Notes under the pieces: generated by a model
What the model saw: the letters and a program-made list of their open reading frames with translations, nothing else
Database searches by the model: none
What the model was told of the DNA's origin: nothing
In this document: positions 63,418 to 64,000 of the stretch, one piece after another
How positions within the stretch are numbered: the first letter of the stretch is position 1
Layout: every line of letters starts with the position of its first letter
DNA from: Intoshia linei
Lineage: Eukaryota; Animalia; Orthonectida
Direction of reading: 5' to 3'
Length of the DNA: 64,000 bases
Assembly (NCBI GenBank): GCA_001642005.1
Contig: LWCA01000002.1
Coordinates: forward strand, 73,954 to 137,953
Translations under genes and position numbers: made by a program

Positions 63418-64000
63418 CACTATTGGAAAAAAGTATTGCACAATTTGCATATTGTTAAATAAAAATTGACTAAAAGTGCAAAATCTCGAAATTTAAATTA
63501 TATCAACGATAATAATATATATTTACAAAAAATATATCTTACAGTAAAAAATTCATTAGTACCCACAAACATACAATATTAATTTCATAAATTTTAAGAC
63601 ATGGAAAAAAGTATTGCACAATTAAAATTAAACGCATTTAAAAAAAAAATGTATCAATAAATTTCAGAAAAATTGTTTTCAAATGGGTTGATAATGAGAC
63701 ATTTAACACATGATAAAAAATTTGAAATTCTTGCTCTATTTAAAGAAGGTAGGTGTAGAGATTCCCTCGCGACCCGGTATAGCGTCTCCCAAACCACAAT
63801 CGGCGGGTTAGTATCTCGAAATGATCCCAAAAAAAACATAAAAAGTAGTAGACCGCGGAAATTAAATGAAAACCATATTAATTTTGTTGTGGAGCGGGTT
63901 AATGAAAGTCCTCATGTTTCATCGATTCAATTGGCTACTGAATTGACTGAAGAAGTTGGCTAAATGTATCCTCGAGAACAATCCGCAATTGGCTAAATGA
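63418..64000 (+). mobile_element. Left end of a Tc1 IR-DR element, running off the window
   Basis: TA|cactattggaaaaaagtattgcaca, with the inner repeat ggaaaaaagtattgcaca at ~63603. HTH ORF MRHLTHDKK..SSRPRKL from 63694, frameshifted near 63960. Confidence 0.8.

Overview
This is a very AT-rich eukaryotic (animal) genomic window, not prokaryotic DNA. Genes are tightly packed, split by many tiny GT-AG introns (about 33-47 nt) and a few large introns filled with transposon debris. The pattern resembles reduced parasite genomes such as orthonectids, but that assignment is only a guess. Genes reconstructed by hand are: an SLC20/PiT phosphate transporter (runs off the left edge), an intronless thioredoxin-glutathione reductase selenoprotein (GC-UGA-G-stop, with a SECIS element and a hairpin just after the UGA), tRNA-Val(AAC), a TPR protein, a C2H2 zinc-finger gene, a PRD-class Q50 homeobox gene, CDC6, a calmodulin-like protein, a single-C2H2 'KHLWEH' protein, an mTERF-like protein, pescadillo (PES1), a syntaxin-1-like Qa-SNARE and an intronless, divergent RICTOR. 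Mobile DNA includes many hAT MITEs with 8-bp TSDs (several nested), a full-length but broken IR-DR Tc1 (DD34E), other Tc1 fragments, a non-autonomous Helitron family, a Ty3/gypsy gag-pro remnant and an intron-containing Chapaev-like transposase pseudogene. The strongest leads are the dual Sec-recoding signals on TGR, a candidate alternative CaaX-ending syntaxin exon, a possible dicistronic or trans-spliced mTERF-ZnF unit, and convergent genes whose stop codons are 2 nt apart. Exon coordinates and family calls come from reading the sequence and recalled motifs, not from database searches.
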